The notes under the pieces were generated by a model. That model ran no database searches. It was not told the DNA's origin and saw nothing but the letters and a program-made list of their open reading frames with translations. Made by a program: the position numbers and the translations under genes. Positions 23,881 through 37,680 of a stretch of 64,000 bases of DNA are shown here, in pieces (position 1 is the first letter of the stretch; every line of letters begins with the position of its first letter). The stretch comes from Felis catus (lineage: Eukaryota): assembly GCF_018350175.1 (NCBI RefSeq), contig NC_058368.1, positions 60,638,001 to 60,702,000 on the forward strand, in the 5' to 3' direction.

Positions 23881-26622
23881 CACTTGTACCACTTCAAACT
23901 AATCTCTGTCTTTCCTAAATACACAAAGAATGTGTATTTGGTTGTGTACAATTATTGCTTTGAGCTCCTAATGAAATACAGTTGTATACTGCATTCCTAC
24001 TGTACTCCAAATATTGCGTTAGCAGCTGAGAATGTTACTAAAAGTACAACGTGATGTACCCACTAACCTGGGAATTCATAGGTGTTTTGAGAGGACAAAA
24101 GAGAAATTTGAAACTGAATCATAATGGACATATAGTATCTAACCAGATGATGGGAAATGGTGTAGGTATGAAAGATAATTTCAGGTAGAAATGAATGTAC
24201 ATCTGTCCTGAAGTGAGAAATAGTGTTGAAATTACAAATGTGGCTGCCACTGTAACAAAACAATAACAACAAAAACAAAGAAAAAACAAAAAAAAAACAC
24301 CCAGGATTCAGGTCATAAAAGAATTGATATGATATTTTTGACATTAACATGGGGGCAATCTGGACTACTCTAAATGTATAAGGGACAGGCTAATATTTCA
24401 GTATTTCCCCTTTTTATGTTTTTCTGTGTGTGAAAAAAATCTATGAAGGTGTAATGAGCTCTAGTTTCCAAATATTCATCTATAAGTAAATAAAATAATT
24501 TACAAATAAACATCATTAAAAGTAGATGGATATTAAATATAATAATAAAATAAATTAATTGAAATAATTATTGGAGATATTGCTTTAAAGACTGTGTTTT
24601 GTTTATACAATAGAAAATCATGAGAGAATTTTCAATTTTTCAAATTCATGCTTAAATACTAATACCTACATCATTTTGCCACCTACAGTCTTTCAAAGGA
24701 CTAGAAGAAGACTTTTTTTTTTTCCAAATCACCTGTGGTATGAATCTAAAGTGACTATAATTTCTAAAGTTTTTTTATATGTCAAGTAATGCAGTCTGTT
24801 CTTTTAATTGCCCTTATATCTGCTTTCATGCATTTTGGGATAAAACACTCTGAGTTACAAAAATGGAATTAATATTTTAAAAGATGTATTAATCCACAAC
24901 AATATGGAGTAAATTTTTTAATCCTCTTTCTCGAAACTTTCTTTAACAGGGAGCTAAGATGAACCTCTGCAAAATATTGAAATACAGCATCAGGGTGCAT
25001 TCATGGCAATACATCAATTGGATTCATTTGAAATTGGAAAATGTGTGTGTTCACTGGAGCATTTAAAATGATGCACAACAGAGGCTAATTTATTAGAACA
25101 AAGTCAGACTAAATCTCAATTAGTGGAAAAGACCACAATTAATCCTTTGAGTAGAGTCCTTTGGGTCAGGATAGAACGGACTACATAAATTCTTTACAGT
25201 CATACATTTTCCACCCCAAATTTAAAGAAAAGAAAAAACAAACAAACAAACAAACAAAAAACTTGTGCTCCTTGACTCCAATCTCAGTTAATTATTTCAG
25301 TTTTAAATACTTCCCCGCACAAAATAAATTTTAACTTCTCAAATTTCTACTTGATTTCAAGGTCACCATTTTTATAAGGCACTAAGACATTCTATTAATA
25401 ATCATTTCACACATCAATTTCTATTCCCTATGCATTGTTATTCTGAACTCAGTTCAGTCCCCTAAAAGCCAAACAGTTGCAAAGTAAATTTGAAATGCCA
25501 ATTTTAAATGTTATGTGATCCTTTATGAATGCCTACCATGTCCCATATAACATTAACATATTAGATTTATACTTGTCCCAAGTACAAATGTGCTGTTTTT
25601 AGAACATTTTCTGATAATTAGGAATAGATGTTCTGAATATTATTTCTGAATTTGCTATATCTCATATGATATTTTTAATTGAACAAAACCCCATAGGAAT
25701 GCCTATAAGCATGTGGGCATTATTCAGGAAGAAGGAGTGCTGTTAAGAGACTTGAAATTTTAATCAAATGGCTTTGGGGATAGAGATAAGAGAAGAAGGA
25801 GGGAAAAACAGAGACTCAGTTCAAAGAATTTTAGTAATTATGGCAGCAATAGATAAAACTTTAAGCTAAAGATAAAACAAAGAAGAGACTTTTCTTTTTT
25901 AAGTTTCTCCTGCTTAAGAAGTCAATGAATTTTGAAATTCCAGTAACAATTACATATTAGACTTATCCTTGTACTAAATATTTTGTGGTTTATAAAGTGT
26001 GAGTAGATAAAAATAATTTCACATTGCCCTGCATCAAAGGGCCAACATGACTGAAAGTAAACATACATTGACATTAAATATAATCAAAGACATATGCAAA
26101 AATTGTAAGGATATATAACTTATTCACGTGCGGTCTTTCTAAAAACATGTAAATCAGAGAAAATCTTTTGAAAAGTAAAGAAGTAATAATTGCTTCTTAT
26201 ATAAGGCATCAAGAGCTGTTGCTCACATATAAAATCTGTATCCTCCCATCTTACTACTTAATTTAAAGTGGTACTAGGTCCTTATCAAACTGTACCTGGG
26301 TTGGAGACAAACAGAAGTTCTCTCTCACTTAACATAAGGGCAGTTCACTCTTCAGTCTCCATAGTATGCTGTCCACATTAATAAAAGATTTACTAAATAA
26401 TTGTAAAGCAAAACATAAATAATAAAATATAATATTTTAACTTTACATATCAATAAAATATAATTTTAACTTTTTAATTAAGCATAGCTATTAGGTATGT
26501 GTAAAATAAACTCTATAATCAACAGTGAAAAAAAGGTTTATATTTTCATAGTATCTTTGAATTTTGTTAAACTTTAACAAATATTTAGTTGAACCAAATG
26601 TTACTAAGATTCTAGAACTTTA

Positions 26623-26851
26623 TTTTTTTTATTTAATTAAAAAATTTGTTTAACGTTTATTCATCTTTTGATAGAGACAGACAGAGCGTGAGTGGGGGAG
26701 GGGCAGAGAGAGAGGGAGACACAGAGTCCAAAGCAGGCTCCAGGCTCTGAGCCATCAGCACAGAGCCTGACACGGGGCTCAAACTCACAAACTGTGAGAT
26801 CATGACCTGAGCTGAAGTTGGACGCCTAACAGACTGAGCCATCCAGGGGCC
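26623..26851 (-). mobile_element. Can-SINE
   Basis: Perfect 20-bp TSD actaagattctagaacttta at 26603-26622 and 26852-26871. Confidence 0.96.
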
Positions 26852-26949
26852 ACTAAGATTCTAGAACTTTAAACAGTATGTTCTAACAATGAAATTTTTT
26901 ATTAATTTTAAGCATAAATGTAAAATAATAAATTGTGTAACTTAGCATT

Positions 26950-27222
26950 GTTATTTAACACAATACTGGAAGTTTCAGCCACAATAAACAGTCAATAAAA
27001 AGAAACAAAAGGCATCCAAATTGGCAAGGAAGAAATACAGCTCTCACTATTTGCAGATAACATAGTACTCTATGTAGGAAATCTGAAAGATCCCACAAAA
27101 AACTACTAGAACTGATTGATGAATTCAGTAAAGTTGTGGGATACAGAATCAACACAAAGAAATCTGTTGCATTTCTATACACCAATAATGAAGCAACAGA
27201 AAGAGAAATTAAGGAATAAAGA
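26950..27222 (+). mobile_element. Isolated internal L1 ORF2 fragment (RT domain), degraded
   Basis: Encodes KGIQIGKEE...SLFADN (decayed FADD) ...[28 protein letters not shown]. Confidence 0.9.
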
Positions 27223-28955
27223 AATCTTATTTTATAAACATTTTGTTTTCCTTTTATCCTTCAAAACATCAAATATTGAGGGATATAGAATTCATGATGA
27301 TTTTTGTTAACATTGCCATAGATTTTACACCCTCATTCTGCTTAACTAGAGTCAGTTGGGAGGCACCTAGATGTATATTTACTTTTACAATTTTTCCTAC
27401 AAACTTTAATAGAAAAAAATGAACAATTTATAACTTTTATCAAATGTGATTATCATTTAATGAATAAACTTATTAACTCATCTTAAGATAACTTTATTCT
27501 TATATTTCAGATTCCTATTTTGAAATAAAATTTAGAATATATATGAATAAAATACAAATATATCTGAGGAAGAGAAAAGATGAAGTTCCCTGTTGATGAC
27601 TGCTAATTAATGTTGAGAGTTGACTGATGAGGTACTTAAAGTTTCATTTAACAATAGTTAGGATTCTCTCTTTTCCCAGGAATCTAAATTCATTTACAAA
27701 ATTTATAAAAAAGAGCTCACTGGAGGAAAAAAGAAAGACATGTCTAAAACTCTATATATGACACTATTTATCTTAGTATATATATAATATTATATAATAT
27801 ATAATTATGTATGTAAAATATAATTCTAAAAATATATTTGTTTTGCCTATAATTTACATAGTTTTCTAAATAAAATGACAATTTATTATCTGAAATAAAA
27901 GAAGTAGAATATCTTTGAGAATGTTCAAAATCCTCCTTTGCAGAATAATGTGCACACTGTCTAGGGGAAGGATATATATGGTAGGAGGGAGATAGAATCT
28001 GTTACGAAATAAAAGAGCTAACTGCAATTGAAATAAAGGGATTCAGAAAGGCTTTGCTCAGATAGCATCAATACAATTGTAACTAATCAAATAAGTAAAA
28101 ATAAGGAAGAGAAGCAATGACTCTGGAGTTTGAATCCAGAATAACAATACTGAATACCTGAATACCTAACAGAGAGAATGTACTTCAGGATAGGAATTAT
28201 GGGGATAGGCTGTTTTTGAGTATGTTTGTGTGCTTGATTATGTGTTTACTTCCTTGATGTGGATATAGTTTGGGAATATGAATCTGAATTTCAAGAAATA
28301 AGAAGTCACCGTGGACTCAAATTTAAGAATAAGATACAGGGAAGTTATCTTAGTGAATACATGAATGGATGGAGAAACATATAAAGGTACAAAGAGAAAG
28401 AGAATATGCCATCAGTCTGGTTATAGAGAAATATCAGAACAAAATGCACTGATAGAAGCTATTAGATATCTGTAATTTTGAATCAGTATTTATGAATAAG
28501 GGCTGAAAAATGGACTAAAATGTAATGAATATTATTTGAAGAATTCTGAGGGGAACATACACAGTAGCAAATCTCAGACAAAGGCTGTCAAATATTGTTA
28601 TATGGTAAAAGAGGTACATCTGACAGAGAAAACCGATCAATCCTATGTAAAACAGCAGGACTGGATGCACAAGCTGATACCCAGAGATACGCTGGACTGT
28701 ATTCCCAACGAGAGTGAGGAAATTGACCTGATGGAGGTATTTAAGAAGAGATATATTTAGAGAGTTCAACTAGTCAATGACACAGATTATAGGAGAGATT
28801 ATGTTGACTGGAAGAAGTCCCAGCTGCCCACACAACACAGGCTGCAGATAAGTCTATCAGATTTCTCAAAGAGCTACAGAGAAGGGAAATGATAAAGCAG
28901 TAATTTTCAATAAAATTTTATACCTTCTGAAACTATCATTAAAAAATCGGTTTTA

Positions 28956-29137
28956 GAGGCACCTGGGTGGCTCAGTTGGCAACTTCAGCTCAGGTCATGA
29001 TCTTGCGGTTCATGAGTTTGAAACCCACTAGCTGTGCTGACAGCTCAGAGCCTGGAGCCTGTGTCTTCCTCTCTCTCTCTGTTCCTCCCCTGCTTGCACT
29101 CTGTCTCTCTCTCTCAAAAATAAATAGCATTTAAAGA
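28956..29137 (+). mobile_element. Can-SINE with internal deletions
   Basis: ggcacctgggtggctcag, gacagctcagagcctggagcctg, CT tract, AATAAA. Confidence 0.9.
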
Positions 29138-29159
29138 AAGTCATTTTCAGACCTCCCAA

Positions 29160-29390
29160 GGACTCTAGAGACAGATTACTTTGTTACAATCCCGCCCTGG
29201 TCACTTGTTAGCTGTATGATCTTGGGCAAATTAGCTGTATGATCTTGGGCAAATCAGTTTTTCTGTATTTATCTCAAAACCTCATGTATAAAACTTTAAA
29301 AAATAAACATAATTGAATTATCAAAGGTAAAATATTTAGTGAAATGCCTAGAAATAGGAATTACTAGATGCATGTGCTATTATTATTGCA
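29160..29390 (+). mobile_element. MIR containing a 23-bp tandem duplication
   Basis: gactctagagacaga...ttagctgtatgatcttgggcaaat MIR core, present twice. Confidence 0.7.
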
Positions 29391-30289
29391 GTTTTTACTA
29401 AGGGTATTCCTAACATGCCAGATATGCAATGAGCCCAGCAGGGACATTAGTCCCAGATTGGAGCAAGTCAAAACGCTCAGAGTTCAAAGTGATATTTCTT
29501 CAAGAAGAGAAAATTAATAAACCAAAATGAAGAGAAAATTAATAAAATGCCTAAGGTATTGAGAGGACTGACTCAGCTGGGAAAACTATGTATTGCTAAG
29601 TACATAAAAAACTAATCAGTGGAAGAAATAATGCAGCTCACTCCAGGATGGAGGTGTCTTGTGCTAGAACATCTTTCTGCTGGGTGTGATGGCATATGTG
29701 AAATAACACCTCATGTGGATGTCATACTGTCATCTATGTGCGTCCTCCAACTCAAGCTAAGGAACTATTTGAAAATAATAGTTTGGGAATGTTTTTTCTT
29801 ACAATACTGCTGTATGCTCTTGAACAACTCCAGTGTTGTGTGGACACATTAATCTCTTTAGACTTGTGCCCTATGAGGTCATCTGAGAAAAGGGAAAAAA
29901 ATAGACTAGACACAAGGAGAGGATGAGGAAAGGGTTCTTCTAATTTATTTCCCAGTGTTTAACAACTATATGCTCCCATGGGAACTCCTGGTAGTAAATG
30001 GCTGTTTTATCCCCAAAATCTCAAATTGGAAGCCATAAATTTTTTATTACCTAAAAACATAAAATGTTTCAACTTATTGTTAGTTTCTTAAGAACATACA
30101 TGGTAGAAGGACATGTATGTGTACCACTATATGTCTAATACACACATTTTGCACACAATAAATGCTCAACAATTGCTTTTTAAGTGAATATTGAGGCTAT
30201 TTCCAATCCAAAATTAACTTCATACTAAATTCGTGATAGGCAGGATCTCTGTTATAAATCCTTTCCATCTCCAAGATCCCACAACATTC

Positions 30290-30810
30290 CATATTGGTTA
30301 GTCAAGATGTGGAGTTTCAGTAACAGAAAACCAAATCTAAGTAGTTCAAGGAAAAAACATATCTTGCTGCTAACATATCTGTGAAATGAAAGGGGAAAGC
30401 TCTTGCTTAAGGCATGACTGGGCCCTGGAGTTCAAAAGATGTCATCAGTTGTCTGTCTTTTTCTGTTCACTTTGATTCACTTTGATTTATATATTTTTAA
30501 AATTAATTCTTAGACAGGCCTTTTCCACATGTTAGCCTTAATATCCACTGGCAACCCAAGGATCACCTGGTCCTCAGTAATATCCATTTCAAAAAGATAA
30601 ATTTCCTCATTCCTAGAATCAATGAAAATCTCACAAAAAGGATTCTTATTATCTAGCTCTGTATAACCTTTAATACAATCACTGTAGCACTGATTGTATT
30701 ATTGACTATCCTGTGTCATTTACCTACGAAAAGGACTATAGGACAGCGATAATGTTGACACCCTCAGTTGGGAAAGGACGGTTCTTGAAAAGAAAACCAT
30801 AATAAGTAGT
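30290..30810 (-). mobile_element. Old MaLR LTR (MLT1-like), degraded
   Basis: ttagtcaagat...cagtaacagaaaaccaaatctaagtagttcaag, resembling MLT1K/L ends. Confidence 0.4.
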
Positions 30811-30827
30811 TAATAAATAATTGAGCT

Positions 30828-30997
30828 GGGGCCCCTGGGTGGCTCAGTCAGTTAAGCATCTGACTCTTGATTTCAACTCATGTCATGATCTCATGGTTCG
30901 TGAGTTGGAGCCCTTTGTGAATTCCAGCCTTGCACTGGGCTCTGAGCTGAGAGTGAGCTTGCTTGGAATTCTCTCTCTCCTCTCTCTGCCCTTCCCC

Positions 30998-31036
<39 letters not shown>

Positions 31037-31055
31037 AAAAATAAGTTAATTTTTT
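30828..31055 (+). mobile_element. Can-SINE
   Basis: Head, (CT)n, tail; TSD taaataattga. Confidence 0.92.
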
Positions 31056-31973
31056 TAAATAATTGACGGAAGTACATTACACAGTCTAATTTTACTTGTA
31101 ATCTACTATTGTTTATAGAATTCAATCACCTATATTTTCATTATGTTTTGTGTTTCTTCCAAGTGAGCATGGGTGTTTTAGGTGTCTTCATAACTGACTA
31201 GCCACGTTTTAGTGTCTTAAAATTAAAAAAAAAATCATTTGTTCATGATTTTGTGGAAGGACCAGTTAGTAGTTCCTGTCCAGATGGCAGAAAATAGAGT
31301 GCCTGGAACTGGTGGATCCATTTCTTACACATTTAGTACTTTTGTTCTCTTCCTTTGTATTTCATCTCATTTCCAAATTTGGGCTTTTGTTTGTTTGTTT
31401 TGTTTTGTTTTTACTTTTTATTTTTTTCTTAATGGAATGTCTGTCTCAAGATAATTGCACTTCCTATAGGGTTTGTAGAATATGCAAATTACTAGGCCAT
31501 TTAAAGACTGAGCTCACTACTGGTCCAACATCATTACTTCTGCCTTATCTTATTGGTCAGATTCAGGGAGTGATACACACTACTCCACTTCTTGATGAGA
31601 GAGAGACAAGTTCACATTTCAGAAGACTATGTGAACAGAAAGACACTGTTGTGATCTTTTACGAACAGAGGCTGTTGCAGTTGGTAAATGAGATACCTCA
31701 TTATTTATCCAAGATTTGATATATCCATTTCTATGACAGAGAAAATTATATGGATTCTATTTTGTTAGGAAAATCAAAATTTGAGGACTCATTTATTGTG
31801 ATTACCATCCAATCAGCAAGAGTAATAACAGCTAATTATTATTTTAACTATCAAAATTATTGATGTGTTTGCTCCCATAAATTTCTTTTGTAAGACAAAT
31901 AATTAGTGCTCTACATCAAAAGTTCATTACTGATTAACATTATGATACCATATAAGTTCCTTGATTGCCTTTA

Positions 31974-32017
31974 TTTTTTTAATTTTTTAAAAATTTTTTT
32001 CTTACATTTTATTTATT

Positions 32018-32051
<34 letters not shown>

Positions 32052-32215
32052 CACATGTTGGGGAGGGGCAGAGAGAGGGAGACACAGAATCCAAAGCAGG
32101 CTCCAGGCTCCAAGCTGTCAGCACAGAGCCTGATGTGGGGCTTGGACCTATGAACTGTGAGATCATGACCTGAGCCGAGGTCAGTTACTTAACTGACTAA
32201 GCCACCCAGGCACCC
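31974..32215 (-). mobile_element. Can-SINE
   Basis: TSD cttgattgccttta at 31960-31973 and 32218-32231. Confidence 0.95.
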
Positions 32216-32483
32216 ATCTTGATTGCCTTTAAAAGCAGCTGAGATCTCACATTGTGTGATTGGAGGGAGTTCCAATTTCCCTAAAAACAAGTCTCTAAAA
32301 ATGTACAGATGTGTAACATAAGCTCACAATTTACTTTAAAAAGCATAATATAATAGATATAGATATTCTCTGAACAATAAATACTACAAAAAATGGATTT
32401 CACATTATATCCATTAATGTCATTGTCATATGCCAGTATTTAATACATCTCTTATGGAGGGGTTAATATATGATTATATCTGA

Positions 32484-32652
32484 GGATGGGCTAAATGAGT
32501 GATGGGTATTAAGGAGGGCACTTGCTGTGATGAGCACTGGGTATTATATGTAAGTGATAAATCAGTAAATTCTACCACTGAAACCAATACTACACTATAT
32601 GTTAACTATTCTGAATTTAAATAAAAACTTGAAACAAAAAAAAAGAAAAAAA
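32484..32652 (+). mobile_element. Short carnivore L1 3' terminus with polyA
   Basis: tgatgggtattaaggagggcacttg...gatgagcactgggt...aataaaaacttgaaacaaaaa; TSD gatta(t/a)atctga at 32472-32483 and 32653-32664. Confidence 0.9.
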
Positions 32653-32905
32653 GATTAAATCTGATATGCCATCAAATTCCACTGTAATTTCTAAAATAAG
32701 ATTATTAGTTATTTTTGCCTCTCTTCTTCCCAGAACTTTTCAAATCTGAAATAAAGATGTTACATAAGGAAATAATTTAAAATCCATGTTTAAAGTGCAT
32801 AAATATTAAGGGCTAGAGAGTTACCATTTATTTTCAGAAAAACCATTTTTAAGCATACACATAAATATTAAGACAATACATACTTTTTTTGTCAGTTATA
32901 CTTAC

Positions 32906-33096
32906 CAGTTTTTCTGAAAGCGATCAGAGTGTTGTCTTGTAGGAATAGAACAATCTGAATATCAAACACCGAATTACACAGGAAGGCTGGTCCTCAGAAA
33001 TTTGAAAGAAGCGTGGGTGGTCATAGCAGCAATTCTTTCAAGCTTCCATTCGCGTAGCAAGTGGATCACAAAAGGGTCTAGAAATGTTTTTAAAAA
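32906..33096 (-). other. Candidate spliced non-coding (UTR or lncRNA) exon
   Basis: Minus-strand donor CTG|GTAAGT at 32906/32905; polypyrimidine tract then cacAG (33097) or ttctAG (33078); 5 CpGs; not an obvious repeat; all frames contain stops. Confidence 0.45.
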
Positions 33097-33924
33097 CTGT
33101 GACCATTCAGAAAATGAAGAGGAGAGAGAAAATGTTGGTACTGAAAATATTAATAAAATGTAAGATACAAAAATGTACTACTGGTGGTCATTTTCACTTA
33201 AAAACTATCTGTTCATATAATTTGAGAGCCTTTACTTCTGATACTTTCCATTCCAAAAGTATTAGAAGGGCCTGTAAATTATTTTAAGATGGTAGGTAGC
33301 TGCATATTTTAATTATTCTCTTCCTGACCTTCTACATACATGGTAAGAAAATGTTGGGAGCTAAAGGAATATATTCTATGTTTGACAGGATTCTTACAAC
33401 ACAGAAATAAATATGAATTGTGAATACTCATCTCAGTGAATGTTTCTCTTTGCATAAGAGAACTTATGAGTTATCTTTAAAATTATATGAGTTAAATAGC
33501 ATACATATAAACATTTTATTTTATGTAGGACTTAATGCATGGATACTTCAAAATATATGAATTTTCAACTTCACCAGAAAATTATTAAATAAAAATAGAA
33601 ATTTAAGTACATTTGTTGATTATCAATTTGGGAAAACATTAAGATGTTGCTATTCAGTGCTATCAAGGAGTTGTTAAGTTCAAGTATGTGCAGTGTGTCT
33701 GGAGAGGAATATATCTAGATATATTTGCCAGAAAATATATCAATGTGCTTTGGAAAACTGATGAATCAGGTTTATCACACCTTTTAATCACTTGACTCAG
33801 AAATATTGCTGGTTTTGGACTAAAAGATATAAACAAAACTGGACATTACTTTAGGTAAAAATTTCAGTATTTGTAAAAGCAAAACAAATGTATTACTTTG
33901 CATCCATGAACATTTATATATATG

Positions 33925-33926
<2 letters not shown>

Positions 33927-33961
<35 letters not shown>

Positions 33962-33972
33962 ACACACACACA
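33927..33972. repeat. (CA)n microsatellite
   Basis: Seen directly in the sequence. Confidence 0.95.
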
Positions 33973-35174
33973 AACAAATAAACAAAATAAAAAGTCAATC
34001 ATGAGAGAATCATTACTATAAAGGAAAATATATATTTTATCACATAGTGATCTCAAAAGTCTAGATCAATTTATCTATCAGTCTGTCTCTGTGTGTCTGA
34101 GCATGTGTGTGGATGTAGGTGTGTAATTACTTGCTCAGGTGAAGATGTCGTATCTACCAAGAGATTGGCACAATTCCTTGGTGACAGGCAAAGGAGTTAT
34201 ATATACTGGAAAGAAGTCTAGAGGTAAATATACATCCCATTTCAGAAAATAGAGCTTCAAACTACATGGCCTGCTTAACTAAATTACAGATGAAGAAACG
34301 GGCCTGCCTAACTTAATTACAGATGAAGAAATATTCAGGCAATACAACATAAATATAGAAAATTCTTCTGAACTTCCAAAGAAAAACTAAAAATTACTTA
34401 CAAAATAATTAAACCAATGATAAAATACAAATAAAATTGGATACATTTCCAAATAATGGCAACAATTAGAAATCTAGAATAATCAGTTTCACGAACATCT
34501 TAGAAGGCCAATAATCCAAAGTTATTTTTATTCTCCTATGTATATACACTCAAAGAAAGCATTATTTATCATCAACAATGTATTTCAGCAGCTATGTCTT
34601 CTGGAAAGAGCTACTCTGTGCTACAGTATGCCATGTCAAATGAAACAAGGATTACCTGAGTTTTTGAACAAATAGAGTATGTGATATGTGACCTCACCTA
34701 CTGCCTCCACATATACACAAATGCTACTGACCTATTAAGGAATGGCTCTGCTAGCGTTGGACCAAAGAATTGGGAGAATCTTTACAAAATCAGGCAGTGA
34801 AGGTCCACTTATCCTCCTATGAGACTTCAGCCTCAGGGATTTTATTTTCATGCTCATTAATTCTGATTAATTATTTCTCAAATGGAAGAGATATTTTTGA
34901 AAGGTTATGATATTCAGGGATTGGTAAAGTAATTCATATCCACTTATAGTTTATTCCATTGAGTGTTTTAAAATGAGAATACGGCAGGGAAGGAAACCCT
35001 CAACCCAGTATATGAAATATTGGACATAACTTATGGATATCTACCTAATGACTTAAACATCTTTGTTTATAAAATATAGGGGTATCTAGAATAATTGTGA
35101 GGATTATTTGTGATACTTTATGCAGAGGTGCTTTACAAAGTAAGGCAAAATAGTTATGAATCATTAAGTATTTT

Positions 35175-35360
35175 TTTTTACATTTTATTTATTTTTGAGA
35201 CAGAGAGAGACAGAACATGAACGGGGGAGGGTCAGAGAGAGGGAGACACAGAATCTGAAACAGGCTCCAGGGCCTGACGCGGGTCTCGAACTCACGGACC
35301 GTGAGATCATGACCTGAGCCGAAGTCGGCCGCTTAACCGACTGAGCCACCCAGGCACCTC
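35175..35360 (-). mobile_element. Can-SINE, CpG-rich, with ~20-bp internal deletion
   Basis: caggctccagggcctgacgcggg lacks the usual ctctgagctgtcagcacaga block; TSD tcattaag(t/c)atttt. Confidence 0.93.
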
Positions 35361-37306
35361 TCATTAAGCATTTTAAATCCCATTAGATAGACACTAATAT
35401 AAAACACAGCAAGCCTTTTGAATATTTGTCAAAGGATGAGGAAAGTGGTCATCCTCATATACATCACTCATTTTTTCCTCCTAACTGTATCATTTCCTGT
35501 TACTAACTGCTAGTTACCCCCTCTCTGTCCTTCTTGGTGTGTGTAAGAAGTCATTCACATCCTTCATAAACTAATTTCCCTGAGTTAAATGAAGGAAAAT
35601 TGTTCACTATGGCTAAAGCGAGATGCTGTTAAGAAGCACATATATTACAGAAATGCCTTCAGTATTCATAGCTTTAAAGCCTATGGTGAGGAGAGTAAAA
35701 TGTTCTCACTTGTACAAAAATGACTGCATACTTTATACAGAGTGGCACTTCCTCCTACCTTCCCAAGTCAGTAGTTTTATCCAAGTATGCCATTAATCAG
35801 AAGAGAGAACAGTTAGAAGTAGAACAGAAGTGGGATGGATCTTTATATCACATTAGATAAAGGCACCACAGAAACAAGAGATGGTAGGAAAGTATATGAC
35901 TTGTTATGATTTACTTCCTCAAAATTATCTTGGCATATACTGAATCATTTGCTAGGTGTAGTCTTGTACTTCAAAGCCCAGTCTGTGCCAGACTTACAGC
36001 ACAATACTTGTGAAGTATTTAAATATACCCCTAGTTGTAGATTAAGTACCCACAGATACTTTTTAAAAACATCTGCACACCACCAGGTAGGATTTAGTGT
36101 GTTGTATCATGAAAAAAAAAATCAAAATAATGACTTTTATCTTTCCAAGCAACATACAAATATAAACTGCTCTGAAAAATTCCTATCCATTCTAAAATAT
36201 TTATAAAATTAATTAGAATATTTGCGTGAAATAACTATAATTAATGAGGAATGAGGAGAGCACCTGCTTTTATACAAAACTCTTGCTTGTGTATTTCTCT
36301 AATTTCATTAAATTGTCATCATTTTAGTGAAGAGACCATATATGTGCATCTATATTCTTCTTTTGGATATTTTGATTGCCATTATTTTCTTAAAAGTCAC
36401 AGAAGATGTAACAATGCAAATGACATAATATTATTTAAATAATACATTAGAATGCTTAAAAGCTTCTCACAGTGGTCTCTGCTCTGCCCAAGCCTTTGTA
36501 AACCAACTGAGAAGCAGATCATTTTCTGTGGGAAATAACCATTGCTTCTTTGGTTCAATATATCCATAAAATACCCACATTATTAGTCATAATTACTACA
36601 TTACTGTTTCTTATATTCATAGTAAGTGAAAAATCAGAAAAATATATCTATACTTTTGGAATTTCGAAGTATTTATAATGGGCTTATAAACATAAATAAT
36701 TCCTTAAGCTAACATATGGGCTTATGTGCATGAGCACTAAAGGCAGAAGGTCTATTTCAAATCTCACTGTTATTTGTAATTCAATGGTTTTGTGTAATAT
36801 ACTATTTTATGCCCCAGATTTCACCTCAAATAGTTCCTACAAGTTCATAAGAAACATAAGTAAAACACTCTGCTCAGTGCCTGGCCTACAATAATCAATC
36901 AACTATTATCATTATTTTTATATCTGATGATAAAATATTCATTTCAATTCAACAATTAGAAGTAAGAATATTATTTCTACCTTATTATAGTCACTGGCTC
37001 TAACAAGGTATTAGAATAAGATATGGGAGAGATAATTTTGATGTATCAATAAAAGGGACATATTTTTGGTGATCAATTTATATCATTATGTGACATCAAA
37101 AATTACATTATATAAAAATAATAAATAAAACAGCATTACAATAAAGGATCCATAATGGGTTTATCTGATAGAGAAAATGAGGTGATATGATGGTCTTACT
37201 ATTGAATGTGTAAATTTTCTCCTCCCCCTCCTTCTTCCTCTTACTTTTAGTTTTAGGAAGTAGGAAGATATAACTTGGAAAAAAAAATCTCATCTTGACC
37301 AATTTT

Positions 37307-37680
37307 GAGACCCTGGCTAGAGGCCAGGTTCACATCCTGACTACCTCTCTTCACAGGTCTTCCACTCATACATCACTCCTAATCTGCCCAAGGGTATAAA
37401 TATTAGATAATCTGAGACAGCCCATAGGCTCAAGAAATTGTAACTAGCTAATCCTAAACATTCCTTCTCATGGAAACCACAATAAATGCTGTTGGCCAGA
37501 ATTCTTTCTCCCTCTGCCTCATGAGGAACCAAGCGGTTCCCTTGAGTGGCCAAGAGGCTATGCTGTGTTCTCTCCAAGAGACCAGTGAATAACAAACTAT
37601 AATACTCTTTCCAGTTCCTCTTTCTTGATCTGCTTCTGACCTCACCAAATTTCCATCAGAGTAATTTGGTTAAAATAGTA
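37307..37680 (+). mobile_element. ERVL LTR, MER74-like
   Basis: aatcctaaac, ttccttctcatggaaaccacaataaa, gtgaataacaaacta, tgatctg...cctcacca; assigned from memory. Confidence 0.6.

Noticed and set aside
28515..28769. Coding-looking 74-aa ORF
   Set aside because: No recognisable family in any frame; lies in purine-rich, L2-like decayed sequence
32918..33163. Plus-strand stop-free frame of ~80 codons overlapping the exon candidate
   Set aside because: No initiating ATG or recognisable homology; splice signals fit the minus strand better, although the plus strand is not fully excluded
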